Translations under genes and position numbers: made by a program
Notes under the pieces: generated by a model
Seen by the model: the letters and a program-made list of their open reading frames with translations, nothing else
Told to the model about the DNA's origin: nothing
Database searches by the model: none
Shown here: positions 9,215 to 19,486 of the stretch, piece after piece
How positions within the stretch are numbered: position 1 is the stretch's first letter
How the letters are laid out: the number at the start of each line of letters is the position of its first letter
Source: Candidatus Omnitrophota bacterium
GTDB taxonomy: Bacteria > Omnitrophota > Gorgyraeia > Zapsychrales > Zapsychraceae
Reading direction: 5' to 3'
Assembly (NCBI GenBank): GCA_016931055.1
Contig: JAFGFL010000091.1
Span: 42,108-106,107, forward strand
Length of the DNA stretch: 64,000 bases

Positions 9215-10213
9215 ATGGCACAGACTAAAGTGCTTGTCACAGGTGGGGCGGGATTTATCGGCAGTCATCTGGTTGATCGATTATTGGCCGGTGGATATTC
9301 GGTCACCGTTATTGATAATTTTTCCACCGGAAGGGCGCTGAATCTATCTCACTGCCAAAAAGACATCACGTTGATCGAGGCGGATATAACTGATTTTGGC
9401 AAGATTTCACCTCTCTTTAAAGGAATCGATTGCGTTTTTCATTTAGCGGCGCTGGCTGATATTGTGCCATCGATTGTTAATCCAAGAGCGTATTACTTAA
9501 CCAATGTTTTAGGAACGATGAATGTGTTGGAAGCGTCACGGCTGGCCGGCGTGAGAAAACTGGTCTACACGGCGTCATCCTCTTGTTACGGTATCCCGCC
9601 TGAAGGGTTTTATCCTACCCTTGAGACAGCGCCGATCAATCCCCAATATCCTTACGCGCTGACAAAGTATTTAGGGGAGGAAACGGCTTTACATTGGGGA
9701 CAGGTGTATGGCCTTCCGGCCATATCGTTGCGTTTGTTTAATGTGTATGGGCCGCGGTCAAGAACATCCGGGACTTATGGGGCTGTCTTTGGCGTGTTTC
9801 TGGCGCAGAAGTTGAAAGGGAAGCCGCTGACGGTCGTTGGGGACGGGAATCAGGTGAGGGATTTTGTTTATGTGACGGACGTCGCTGAGGCCTTTTTTTC
9901 GGCAGGTTTTTCGGATGTCCAAAGCGGGATTTTCAATGTAGGAACGGGGAATCCGCAAAGTGTTAATAAACTGGTCTCTCTTTTAGGAGGCGCGAAAGTC
10001 CATATTCCCAAGCGTCCTGGGGAACCGGATATGACATGGGCGAATATCCAAAGGATTAAATCCGAACTTGGGTGGGAGCCAAGGGTTTCGTTTGAAGAGG
10101 GTGTCGCCAAAATACTGGAACATATCGATTACTGGAGAGAGGCTCCGGTCTGGACACCGGAAAAAATTGAGGAAGCAACTAAAGACTGGTTTAGATATCT
10201 TGTAAGGAACTGA
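9215..10213 (+). CDS. extended SDR NDP-sugar epimerase/dehydratase
   Basis: TGGAGFIGSH, HLAALADIVPS, ASSSCYG, YALTK, RLFNVYGPR, RDFVYV. Confidence 0.92.
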   Translation: MAQTKVLVTGGAGFIGSHLVDRLLAGGYSVTVIDNFSTGRALNLSHCQKDITLIEADITDFGKISPLFKGIDCVFHLAALADIVPSIVNPRAYYLTNVLGTMNVLEASRLAGVRKLVYTASSSCYGIPPEGFYPTLETAPINPQYPYALTKYLGEETALHWGQVYGLPAISLRLFNVYGPRSRTSGTYGAVFGVFLAQKLKGKPLTVVGDGNQVRDFVYVTDVAEAFFSAGFSDVQSGIFNVGTGNPQSVNKLVSLLGGAKVHIPKRPGEPDMTWANIQRIKSELGWEPRVSFEEGVAKILEHIDYWREAPVWTPEKIEEATKDWFRYLVRN

Positions 10214-10215
10214 TC

Positions 10216-11748
10216 ATGAATTCGAAAATCGCGAAGAAAATACAAACACCCGGGGTCTTGACCAAAATAGTCGCGGACCTTAAGAAAAAAGGGAAAAAAA
10301 TCGTTCAATGCCACGGTGTATTTGACATTGTTCATCTGGGCCATATTCGCCATTTTAATTTGGCAAAGAAAGAAGGAGATGTTCTGTTGGTGACATTGAC
10401 AAGGGACAAAGATGTTAAACGGGGTCCCGGGCGCCCGATCTTTAATGAAAACATGAGGGCGGAAACATTGGCTTCATTGGACGTGACGGATTATGTGAGC
10501 ATTATTGACGCGCCGACGGCGACTGATTTTATCAGGAAAGTCAAGCCGGATGTGTATGTCAAGGGGATGGAGTATAAACAGAAAGAGAAAGATTTAACGG
10601 GCAAGATTTATGAAGAAGAAGAGGCTATTCAATCGGTCGGCGGGCGCATCGCATTCACGGACGATATCACGTTTAGTTCATCAAACATTATTAACAGCTA
10701 TCTGGATACTTTTCCGCCAAGAACCGTGAAATATCTTAAGGCCATTTCCAAAAGGTATTCCATTGACCATATTATCGATTCAGTCAATGCGCTGCAAAAA
10801 CTGAAGGTCATTGTGATCGGAGACGCGATCGTTGATGAATATCATTATTGTACGACAATGGGAAAATCTTCGAAGGCTGAAATAGTGGTCAATAAGTATG
10901 AATCGGAGGAAATGTTCGCGGGGGGCGCTTTAGCCACGGCTAATAATGTGGGGAGTGTTTGCGGAGGCGTTGATCTGGTCACGATTTTGGGGAACAATCC
11001 TTCTCATGAGGACTTTGTCCGTCGGAGACTTAATTCAAACGTTAAACCTGCTTTCTTTTACCGGCCGGGAACAGGAACAACGGTGAAACGTCGGTTTGTC
11101 AGCAGTGTGTTTAACAGGAAGTTGTTTGAAATTTGTTATATGAATGACAGTGATATTTCACGGGAAGAGGAAGCCGAGATTGTTCAGAAGCTGAAGGAAA
11201 TGATCCATAGATATGATCTGGTCGTGGTCTCGGATTTTGGGCACGGGTTATTAACCCGGCGTATCATTGATCTGATTTGCAAGAAAGCCAAATATCTGGC
11301 CATCAATGTTCAGACAAACAGCGCGAATGCCGGATTTAATTTGGTTACCAAATATCCCAGGGCCAATTGTGTTTGTATCGATGAGATGGAACTGCGTTTT
11401 GCCGCCCATGACAAATTCGGTGATGTCCGGACGCTTTCCAAAAAGATATATAACCAGATTGGTTGCGATCATATCATTGCGACGAGAGGGAACTATGGTT
11501 CGATCTGTTATTCAAAAGAACATGGCTATCATGAGACCCCCGCCTTTTCAAGCAACGTGGTGGATGCCATTGGCGCGGGTGACGCGTTTTTTGCCTATAT
11601 TGCGCCCTGTTTTGCCTCGGGCATGCCGCAGGATATGGTTTCGTTTGTCGGCAACGCGGTCGGTTCGTTGGCTGTGCAGATCGTCTGCAACCGGGAACCG
11701 GTGAATTTGGTGGACTTGACAAAGTTTATGACACGATTACTTAAATAA
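10216..11748 (+). CDS. bifunctional nucleotidyltransferase (N-term) + PfkB sugar kinase (C-term); HldE/RfaE-like with reversed domain order
   Basis: N-term HGVFDIVHLGHIRH, KPDVYVKG, SSSNII. C-term IGDAIVDEY, GGALATANN, SDFGHG, DAIGAGDAF. Confidence 0.85.
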   Translation: MNSKIAKKIQTPGVLTKIVADLKKKGKKIVQCHGVFDIVHLGHIRHFNLAKKEGDVLLVTLTRDKDVKRGPGRPIFNENMRAETLASLDVTDYVSIIDAPTATDFIRKVKPDVYVKGMEYKQKEKDLTGKIYEEEEAIQSVGGRIAFTDDITFSSSNIINSYLDTFPPRTVKYLKAISKRYSIDHIIDSVNALQKLKVIVIGDAIVDEYHYCTTMGKSSKAEIVVNKYESEEMFAGGALATANNVGSVCGGVDLVTILGNNPSHEDFVRRRLNSNVKPAFFYRPGTGTTVKRRFVSSVFNRKLFEICYMNDSDISREEEAEIVQKLKEMIHRYDLVVVSDFGHGLLTRRIIDLICKKAKYLAINVQTNSANAGFNLVTKYPRANCVCIDEMELRFAAHDKFGDVRTLSKKIYNQIGCDHIIATRGNYGSICYSKEHGYHETPAFSSNVVDAIGAGDAFFAYIAPCFASGMPQDMVSFVGNAVGSLAVQIVCNREPVNLVDLTKFMTRLLK

Positions 11749-11761
11749 GGGAGGAAGTTTG

Positions 11762-12775
11762 ATGAATCAGTTGAAAACGGTTTTGGTGACGGGCGGAGCA
11801 GGATATGTCGGCGCAGTTCTTGTTCCTAAATTATTAGATCAGGGATACCGGATCAAAGTGCTTGACCTTTATACATATGGAGAAGATGTTTTTGACGGCG
11901 TAAAAGATAAATCCAAATTAGAAGAGATCAAGGGGGATATTTGTGATCAATCCTTGCTGAAGAAGTCACTCCAGGGGTGGGACGCGGTTATCCATTTGGC
12001 CTGTATTTCCAATGATCCGTCTTTTGAACTTGACCCTGAGTTGAGCCGAAGGGTGAATTATGAGTGTTTTGAACCGTTGGTGAAGATCAGTAAGGAAGTT
12101 GGTGTCAAAAGATTCATTTATGCTTCTACCTGCAGCGTTTACGGGGTCAGCGACGCCGAGAACGTGACTGAAGACCATCCGCTACTGCCCATTACGGATT
12201 ATAACAAGTACAAGGGATTATGTGAACCCATATTGGCGAGGTATCAATCACCGGGATTTACTACCGTTACGATCCGGCCAGCGACGATTTGCGGATATTC
12301 CCCGCGGCAAAGATTTGATCTGACGGTCAATATTTTGACGAACCATGCGTACAACAAAAATCACATAACGGTATACGGGGGAAAACAGGAACGTCCGAAT
12401 ATCCATATTGATGACATTACTGATCTCTACGTCATGCTTTTGAAGCTTCCGGATGAACAAATCGCGGGAAAAATATACAATGCGGGTTATCAAAACCGGA
12501 CAGTATCAGATATCGCAGAAATAGTCGCGAATGTGATGGCTGAAGAATTCCCGGCAAGGGATCGAGCGACCATATCGACAACGCCGTCTGACGACAATCG
12601 ATCCTATCGGATTTCATCGGAAAAAATCAAAAAAGAACTGGGATTTGTCCCTCAGCATACCATTGAGGATAGTGTGAGGGATCTGATCAGGGCTTTCGAA
12701 GCAGGCAAATTCAAGGATCCCCTTAATAATATCCGTTATTACAATATCAAAATGCTGAAGGCGGTGAAGGTATGA
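11762..12775 (+). CDS. extended SDR NDP-sugar epimerase/dehydratase
   Basis: TGGAGYVG, HLACISNDPS, ASTCSVYG, YNKYK, RQRFDLTVN. RBS GGAGG; ATG 11762 (in-frame TTG 11759). Confidence 0.9.
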   Translation: MNQLKTVLVTGGAGYVGAVLVPKLLDQGYRIKVLDLYTYGEDVFDGVKDKSKLEEIKGDICDQSLLKKSLQGWDAVIHLACISNDPSFELDPELSRRVNYECFEPLVKISKEVGVKRFIYASTCSVYGVSDAENVTEDHPLLPITDYNKYKGLCEPILARYQSPGFTTVTIRPATICGYSPRQRFDLTVNILTNHAYNKNHITVYGGKQERPNIHIDDITDLYVMLLKLPDEQIAGKIYNAGYQNRTVSDIAEIVANVMAEEFPARDRATISTTPSDDNRSYRISSEKIKKELGFVPQHTIEDSVRDLIRAFEAGKFKDPLNNIRYYNIKMLKAVKV

Positions 12776-13902
12776 CGTCCTGCGTGATGAGTGTTCCTTA
12801 TGTCGATCTGGCGCAGCAGCACGCGGCCATCAAAAATGAGTTGATGGATGCGATGGGGCATGTCCTTGACGGCGGTAAGTTTGTGCTTGGATCGGAAGTT
12901 CATGAGTTTGAAGAAAAGTTTGCCCAATTATGCGGTGTCCGTTTCGCGTTGGGACTCAATTCCGGGACAGACGCTCTTATCCTTGCGCTTAAGTCGTTGA
13001 ATATCGGAGCGGGAGATGAAGTCATCGCCGTTGCGAATTCATTTGTTTCTTCGGTCAGTTGCATCATGGCGGTGGGGGCGCGCCCTGTTTTTGTCGATGT
13101 CAACGCGGAATCCAATATGGATCCGCGGCTGATCGAACAGGCGATCACGCCCAAGACGAAGGCGGTTCTTCCCGTTCACTGGACGGGTCGGCCCGCGGAT
13201 ATGACGGCGATCATGTCTATCGCCAAGAAGCATCATTTGGCTGTCATTGAGGACTGCGCTCAGGCGGTTTGCGCTGAGCATCAAGGCCAGAAAGTTGGAT
13301 CATTTGGTCATGCCGGATGTTTCAGTCTTCATCCGCTAAAGACATTGAATGCTTGCGGCGATGGAGGCGTGTTGACGACAAATGATCCAGACATTTATGA
13401 GAAAGTGCGGATCCTCAGAGACAACGGGTTCCGGACGCGTGAAGAGTGCGTCATGTGGAGCAATAATTCCAGGCTGGATACCATCCAGGCCGCTATTTTG
13501 ATGGTTAAATTCAAGTATCTTGACGGCTGGACCGAGAAGCGAAGAGAAAACGCGCGATTCTATCAGGATCATCTTTCCGATTTGTCCGAGGTCCAGACGC
13601 CGGTTGATGAAGCCGGCACCAGGGCTGTTTATCATACTTTTGTCATTCAAGCGGATGTTCGGGACCGTTTGAAAGCTTATCTGGAAGAAAAAAGTGTTGG
13701 CACAAAAATCCATTATCCTGTTCCGCTTCATCTGCAGCCGTTTGCCAGAGGTTTAGGATACAAACGAAACAGTCTTCCGGTCACGGAGAAACAAGCGGGG
13801 CGGATTCTGAGTCTGCCGGTTTATCCTGAATTGGGAAAAGACGGGTTGAGTTATGTGGCCCAATGTATTCATGAATTTTATCGTATGAAAGGAAAGAAAT
13901 GA
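12772..13902 (+). CDS. DegT/DnrJ/EryC1/StrS PLP-dependent sugar aminotransferase
   Basis: NSGTDAL, GAGDEVI, PVHWTG, EDCAQA, SLHPLKTLN (PLP Lys), NSRLDTIQAA, IHYP, LSLP. Confidence 0.92.
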   Translation: MTSCVMSVPYVDLAQQHAAIKNELMDAMGHVLDGGKFVLGSEVHEFEEKFAQLCGVRFALGLNSGTDALILALKSLNIGAGDEVIAVANSFVSSVSCIMAVGARPVFVDVNAESNMDPRLIEQAITPKTKAVLPVHWTGRPADMTAIMSIAKKHHLAVIEDCAQAVCAEHQGQKVGSFGHAGCFSLHPLKTLNACGDGGVLTTNDPDIYEKVRILRDNGFRTREECVMWSNNSRLDTIQAAILMVKFKYLDGWTEKRRENARFYQDHLSDLSEVQTPVDEAGTRAVYHTFVIQADVRDRLKAYLEEKSVGTKIHYPVPLHLQPFARGLGYKRNSLPVTEKQAGRILSLPVYPELGKDGLSYVAQCIHEFYRMKGKK

Positions 13903-15047
13903 AGGTCCCTTATTCTTATTTAGACCGTCAGTTCGCGGATATTGACGCTTACTTGGAAGACATCAGGGCGCTTGTTGAAAGCGGGGATTTTACGTTGGGC
14001 AAGCCTGTTGATGAATTTGAAAAAAGCTTTGCCCGGTTGTGCGGTTTGCCGTACGCGATCGGGGTTGGATCAGGAACGGATGCACTGATCTTGTCTTTAA
14101 AAATTTTGGGAATAGGCCCCGGAGATGAGGTGATTACGACACCAAATACCTTTATCTCGACAGTTGGCGCTATCGTTATGGTGGGCGCGCGTCCGGTTTT
14201 TGTTGATAATAATGAAGAATATACGATTGATGCCGCGAAGATTGAGAAGGTGATCACCAAAAAGACAAAAGCGATCCTTCCGGTCCATCTGACGGGTTGC
14301 CCGGCCGATATGCCGACGATCATGAAAATCGCCCATCGGCACAAAGTATTGGTTGTTGAAGACGCGGCTCAGGCCATTCTTGCCTCGATCGATGGGAAAC
14401 ACATGGGTTCTTGGGGGGAAACAGCTTGCTTCAGTCTGCATCCGCTGAAGAATTTGAATGTCTGGGGCGATGGGGGCGTCATTGTGACCCGCTCGGCGCA
14501 GTTGTGCCGGAAGCTGAAACTTTTCCGGGACCACGGCATGGTGACGCGTGATGAAATTGAGATGTTCAGTCACAACAGCCGTCTGGATTCCATTCAGGCG
14601 GTTGTAGGCAACCGTTTGATTGGCGAAGTGCATTCCATCACGGATAAACGCATCGCTAACGCGCGGCGATTTGATGATGCTTTTAAAGGTTTGGACGATT
14701 ATATCAAGGTCCCGCCGAGAAGGGTGAATGTCAAACGGGTTTATCATACTTATGTGCTTCGGGTTAAGGATCGGGATAAATTATTGGCGCATTTGATTGA
14801 GAAGGGGATCAGGGCGAAAATTCATTATCCCATTCCTGTTCATTTGCAGAAAGCGGCCAAATATCTGGGATATAAACGGGGCGATTTTCCTGTTTGTGAA
14901 CAGGACGCGAGAACGATTTTGACCTTACCGGTCCATCAGCATCTAACGTCCGGCGAAATGGAATACATGATTGATTGCGTGAAAGGCTTTTATGCGGGAC
15001 GGAAAATCAAAGGAGTCAAGAAGCATGCGGCATGTTGTCGGGGTTGA
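13899..15047 (+). CDS. second, paralogous DegT-family aminotransferase
   Basis: SGTDAL, GPGDEVI, EDAAQA, SLHPLKNLN, NSRLDSIQA, IHYP, LTLP. Confidence 0.92.
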   Translation: MKVPYSYLDRQFADIDAYLEDIRALVESGDFTLGKPVDEFEKSFARLCGLPYAIGVGSGTDALILSLKILGIGPGDEVITTPNTFISTVGAIVMVGARPVFVDNNEEYTIDAAKIEKVITKKTKAILPVHLTGCPADMPTIMKIAHRHKVLVVEDAAQAILASIDGKHMGSWGETACFSLHPLKNLNVWGDGGVIVTRSAQLCRKLKLFRDHGMVTRDEIEMFSHNSRLDSIQAVVGNRLIGEVHSITDKRIANARRFDDAFKGLDDYIKVPPRRVNVKRVYHTYVLRVKDRDKLLAHLIEKGIRAKIHYPIPVHLQKAAKYLGYKRGDFPVCEQDARTILTLPVHQHLTSGEMEYMIDCVKGFYAGRKIKGVKKHAACCRG

Positions 15048-15654
15048 TTTTGATAATACCATCGTGAATTATGACAAGGTGATGTATCAAACGGCTGTCC
15101 GGTTCGGTTGGGTTGATGATTCAGTGAGGAAAAACAAGAAAGATGTTCGTGACCGGATCAGATTGTTGCCGCAGGGTGAAATAAAGTGGCGAAAATTGCA
15201 GGCTACTGTTTACGGGCAGGCCATGAGGGGCGCGATCATGAACATAGGGGTGAAGGAGTTCTTTCGGTCTTGTCGGATGAAAAGGATACCGACGTATATT
15301 ATCAGCCATAAGACCAAGTACGCGGCCGAAGATGAACAGAAAATTGATCTCAGGAAGGTGGCGTTGGATTGGATGGAGGAACAGGGGTTCTTTGGCCAAA
15401 AAGAAATGGGGCTTGCCCGAGATCAAGTGTATTTTGAATCGACACGGCAAAAAAAGATCGAACGGATCCGGAAAATGGGATGCACTTGTTTTGTTGATGA
15501 TCTTCAGGAGACTTTTTTGGAACCGTCGTTTCCAGGAGGCGTGGAAAAAATATTATTTTCGAAAAATGCCGCCAGCTGTTTGCCGAAAGAAATAAAAATA
15601 ATCGGTAGTTGGAAGGAAATCAGTGACTATCTCTTTAACACAAACAACGCATAA
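15025..15654 (+). CDS. HAD-superfamily phosphatase-like protein
   Basis: Motif I GVDFDNTI, motif II IISHKT, motif IV FVDDL. ATG 15025 follows AGGAG; the ORF track starts at 14992. Confidence 0.75.
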   Translation: MRHVVGVDFDNTIVNYDKVMYQTAVRFGWVDDSVRKNKKDVRDRIRLLPQGEIKWRKLQATVYGQAMRGAIMNIGVKEFFRSCRMKRIPTYIISHKTKYAAEDEQKIDLRKVALDWMEEQGFFGQKEMGLARDQVYFESTRQKKIERIRKMGCTCFVDDLQETFLEPSFPGGVEKILFSKNAASCLPKEIKIIGSWKEISDYLFNTNNA

Positions 15655-16705
15655 AACGCCTGAAGAGGTATGCGCGATCACGTCAAAGATCTTGTTGAAC
15701 CCGATTGTACGGGCTGAACAGCTGGGGGGCGGGGCCAATAGCAGGGTTTTTCGATTGATCTCACATGAAAAAGCGTCCTATATCGTGAAGTTTTACTTTT
15801 CCCAAGGACTTGATACGCGGGATCGCATGGGCGTTGAATTCTCCGGTTTGTCGTTCTTAAGGCAATACGGGATAACCTGTGTTCCGCGGCCGATCACTTT
15901 TTCTCGAGAAGAACAGTGCGCCATTTATGAATTTATGGAAGGGAAAAAGATCCGGTCGGGGGAGATCACGCAAAAGGATATGGATGAAGCGGTTGATTTC
16001 TTGAGAGACCTAAAAGAACTGGGAAAACTTGATCAGAGCCGTGATCTTTCATCCGCGTCCGAATCTTGTTTTTCCATCCGATCAGTGGTTGAAAATATCC
16101 AGTTGAGAATGGAGAGATTGCATCAAGTCAATGGAAAAACGGAAGAGGACCGGCAAATGCGGATTTTCCTGGCGGATGAGTTCAGGCCGTTTTTGGATAC
16201 TGTTCAGGGATGGTGCCGGGAAAATGCGGCGAAGGCCCATATCTCATTTGATGAAGAAATTGGCCTGGAAGAGAGGACTTTGAGCCCATCGGATTTCGGA
16301 TTTCATAATGCTCTGCGGACAAACGAAGGACGCATCACGTTTCTTGATTTTGAATATTTTGGATGGGACGACCCGGCGAAAATGATTTCTGACTTTTTAT
16401 TTCATCCGGCGATGGAGATGAGCGGTCTATTGAAAAAATATTTTGTCCGCCGGATGGAAGAGGCTTTCCATGACAATGCAAAATTAATGAAGAGGGTCGT
16501 GTTGGTTTATCCGTTGTTCGGCTTGAAGTGGTGCCTCATTTTCTTAAATGAGTTTATTCCGGATGAGTTGGTCAAGCGTCACCATGCGTCTCTTGACACG
16601 TTAGACAGGCAAAAACTGCAGAGAAAACAATTGGATAAAGCCAAAACAATGCTTCAGAAGATAAAAGAAACTTACAAAATATTTCCATACAGGGATTTTA
16701 AATAG
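15623..16705 (+). CDS. aminoglycoside-phosphotransferase/choline-kinase-like kinase
   Basis: Gly loop GGGANSRVF, IVKFY, catalytic-loop variant SPSDFGFHN, metal-binding FLDFEYFGWDDP. Confidence 0.75.
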   Translation: MTISLTQTTHKTPEEVCAITSKILLNPIVRAEQLGGGANSRVFRLISHEKASYIVKFYFSQGLDTRDRMGVEFSGLSFLRQYGITCVPRPITFSREEQCAIYEFMEGKKIRSGEITQKDMDEAVDFLRDLKELGKLDQSRDLSSASESCFSIRSVVENIQLRMERLHQVNGKTEEDRQMRIFLADEFRPFLDTVQGWCRENAAKAHISFDEEIGLEERTLSPSDFGFHNALRTNEGRITFLDFEYFGWDDPAKMISDFLFHPAMEMSGLLKKYFVRRMEEAFHDNAKLMKRVVLVYPLFGLKWCLIFLNEFIPDELVKRHHASLDTLDRQKLQRKQLDKAKTMLQKIKETYKIFPYRDFK

Positions 16706-16707
16706 AT

Positions 16708-17520
16708 ATGAATAATTCAGTTTTGGATGAACGATCGCGTTTTTTAAGGAGAAGAATTGTTGATGTGCTCAAAGAGGCCAAGCGGGGGCATGTGGGGGCC
16801 GCGCTGTCTTTGGTCGAAATATTCCGGGTCCTTTACGATGATGTCTTGCGATATGATCCGAAGAATCCCCGATGGAAGGACCGGGACCGATGTATTTTGA
16901 GTAAGGGGCACGGGTGTCTCGCGCTTTACGCGATTTTGGCGGATAAGGGATTTTTTCCTAGAGAAGAATTGGCCAAATTTTGTCAACCGGACGGGATTCT
17001 CGGAGGGCATCCTGAGATCAAGGTGCCTGGGGTTGAGACATCGTCAGGAAGCTTGGGGCACGGGCTTTCCATCGGGTTGGGTATGGCGCTCAATGCCCGT
17101 TATGAAAAAGCCGATTACCGTGTTTTTGTCGTTATGGGCGACGGGGAATGCAATGAAGGCTCCGTTTGGGAAGCGGCTTTGTCGGCAGGAAAACATAAGC
17201 TGAGTAACCTGACGGCGATCATTGATTACAATAAAATGCAGTCGTACGCGACGACCGCGGAGGTGCAGAATCTTGAACCGTTTGCGGACAAATGGAGGGC
17301 ATTTAATTTTGCCGTCCGGGAAGTCGATGGCCATGATGTTTCGGTGTTGCGCCAGGCATTGAAGAACATTCCGATTGAAAACGGCAAACCGTCAGTCATT
17401 ATTTGCCATACCGTTAAGGGGAAAGGTTTTTCCGGTACGGAATGTAATTTGAAGTGGCACCACAAGAACAAGATCAGCGATGAAGAAATTGATCAGATGT
17501 ATGGGGAGTTGGCTCGATAA
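16708..17520 (+). CDS. split transketolase, N-terminal ThDP-binding subunit
   Basis: GHVG, DRCILSKGHG, GGHP, GSLGHG, GDGECNEGSVWEA, DGHD, TVKGKG, WHH. Confidence 0.93.
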   Translation: MNNSVLDERSRFLRRRIVDVLKEAKRGHVGAALSLVEIFRVLYDDVLRYDPKNPRWKDRDRCILSKGHGCLALYAILADKGFFPREELAKFCQPDGILGGHPEIKVPGVETSSGSLGHGLSIGLGMALNARYEKADYRVFVVMGDGECNEGSVWEAALSAGKHKLSNLTAIIDYNKMQSYATTAEVQNLEPFADKWRAFNFAVREVDGHDVSVLRQALKNIPIENGKPSVIICHTVKGKGFSGTECNLKWHHKNKISDEEIDQMYGELAR

Positions 17521-18473
17521 TGCGTAAGACTTGTCTAGAAATAGTTTATGAACTTGCCAAAAAGGATAAGCGTGTTTTCTTTATAGGTTCCGACCTTGGT
17601 GAAGGAACTTTGGATAAATATAAGAAAGAAATGCCGGACCGGTTTTTCATGGAAGGGATTAGCGAAGCCAATATTATCGGGATGGCGGCGGGACTGGCCA
17701 TGGAAGGGAAAATACCCTATATAAACACGATCGCGACATTTCTCACCCGGCGCTGTTTTGAGCAGGTGGTCGTTGATCTTGGACTCCATAATCTAAATGT
17801 CCGTCTCTTGGGAAATGGGGGAGGGCTTGTTTACGCGCCTTTAGGGCCGACGCATGAAGCGACGGATGATATCGCGATTATGCGAACAATCCCCCACATG
17901 ACCGTTGTGGCTCCAGCTGATGCTGATGAAATGCGGCGTGTCGTGAACCAAACGATTGATTATCAGGGACCGGTGTATATCCGTATTGCCAAAGGATTTG
18001 ATCCGATTGTAACAAGGGAAGAAGTTCCTTTTAAGATCGGCAAAGCTATTCTCATGAAGGAGGGCGCGGATGCGTTGGTGATAACGACAGGTATAACTTT
18101 GAAGATCGGATTAGATGCGGCAGCGCAATTGAAGAAAGAAGGATTACATATTTCAGTCCTTCATGTGCCGACAGTAAAACCGTTGGATGAGGAACAAATC
18201 CTGGCTAGTGCCAAAAAAGTCCCGGTGATTGTGACCATCGAGGAACATACCGTTATCGGGGGCCTGGGAAGCGCCGTGGCGGAAACAATAGCCGAAGCGG
18301 ATATGTTGTCGTTCAAACGTTTCCGCAGGATTGGGATTCCCGATGTTTTTCCAGACCAATATGGGTCGCAAGCGAGTTTGATGGAGTATTTTGGTATTAC
18401 GGCGGAAAAAACTGCTTTGTTAATCGGAGAGTTGGTTCAGATGAAGGGCAAGGGAGTTGAGATCGTCCAGTAA
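17520..18473 (+). CDS. split transketolase, C-terminal pyrimidine-binding subunit
   Basis: SDLG, GISEANIIGMAAGLA, GPTHEATDDI, GPVYIR, VKPLD, EEHTVIGGLGS. Confidence 0.93.
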   Translation: MRKTCLEIVYELAKKDKRVFFIGSDLGEGTLDKYKKEMPDRFFMEGISEANIIGMAAGLAMEGKIPYINTIATFLTRRCFEQVVVDLGLHNLNVRLLGNGGGLVYAPLGPTHEATDDIAIMRTIPHMTVVAPADADEMRRVVNQTIDYQGPVYIRIAKGFDPIVTREEVPFKIGKAILMKEGADALVITTGITLKIGLDAAAQLKKEGLHISVLHVPTVKPLDEEQILASAKKVPVIVTIEEHTVIGGLGSAVAETIAEADMLSFKRFRRIGIPDVFPDQYGSQASLMEYFGITAEKTALLIGELVQMKGKGVEIVQ

Positions 18474-18499
18474 GTTCGGTCGTGAATGAGGGCAAAAGG

Positions 18500-19486
18500 A
18501 TGTCGAAAAGAGTTTTGGTGACAGGGGCAACAGGTTTCATCGGGTCGCACATCGCGAGGCGACTGGTTCATGAGGGTGAAGAGGTCCATATTTGGACCCG
18601 TCGGGAGTCGGATAAGTGGCGGTTAACCGATATTTTGGGCAAGGTTCGGGAACACCATGTCAATATAGCGGATAGCCGGGAAGTTAAGGATGCCATTGCC
18701 GCCATTAAACCGAATGTCATTCATCATTGTGCCACCTATGGCGCGTGTCCTGGTCAGCATGATGTTATCCGTAGCGCAGAGGTTAATGTAATGGGGACGA
18801 TTAATCTGGTGGAAGCGTTGATGAACGTGGGAGGATACGATTGCCTTGTGAACATGGGGAGTTCGGCGGAATACGGGATAAAGAACAAACGGATAAAGGA
18901 AGATGATCCAAGGGAGGTCAATACGGCTTACGGGGCCACCAAAGCCGGGGCGGCCATGTTTTGTGAAGCGATGGCGAGGTCAAAAGGGCAACCCATCCTG
19001 AATTTAAAATTAACATCACCGTATGGACCCTATGACGAAGCAAGCCGGCTTATTCCTTCCGTTATCACTAAATGCCTTGCGGGTGAGGATCCAAAATTAT
19101 CAAAGGGAAATGAAAGCAGGAGTTTTTATTTCATTGACGATCTGATGGGCCTGATTGTGAAAATACCTCACACGTCGTGGGTGCCTGGAGAGACGATCCT
19201 TGCCGGGCCAGATCAGCAGTATTCGGTCCGCGACATCGCGACCCGCATAATTCGCCTAACAAAGGCCGATGTTACTCCGCTTTTCGGAGCATTGCCTTCC
19301 CGTGATTTTGACACGGATTATTGGGCCATCGACACGGGTAAAGCCAAAAGGATATTCGGCTGGGAAACGACGACGAGCATCGATGAGGGACTGTCACGCA
19401 CCATCAAGTGGTACCGGGATTATGCAAATAAGATGGAACAAGTTACATGGAAAGCACGTGTTGAAGCTGGAAAGGAAAGTAGATAA
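18500..19486 (+). CDS. extended SDR, NDP-4-keto-sugar reductase/epimerase (RfbJ/RfbS-like)
   Basis: TGATGFIGSH, MGSSAEYG, YGATK, PYGP. ATG 18500; the ORF track starts at GTG 18482. Confidence 0.85.
   Translation: MSKRVLVTGATGFIGSHIARRLVHEGEEVHIWTRRESDKWRLTDILGKVREHHVNIADSREVKDAIAAIKPNVIHHCATYGACPGQHDVIRSAEVNVMGTINLVEALMNVGGYDCLVNMGSSAEYGIKNKRIKEDDPREVNTAYGATKAGAAMFCEAMARSKGQPILNLKLTSPYGPYDEASRLIPSVITKCLAGEDPKLSKGNESRSFYFIDDLMGLIVKIPHTSWVPGETILAGPDQQYSVRDIATRIIRLTKADVTPLFGALPSRDFDTDYWAIDTGKAKRIFGWETTTSIDEGLSRTIKWYRDYANKMEQVTWKARVEAGKESR

Noticed and set aside
15623-16705. Aminoglycoside resistance gene
   Set aside because: APH-like fold only, with an atypical catalytic loop (SPSDFGFHN), embedded between HAD and transketolase genes. 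More plausibly a biosynthetic sugar kinase.
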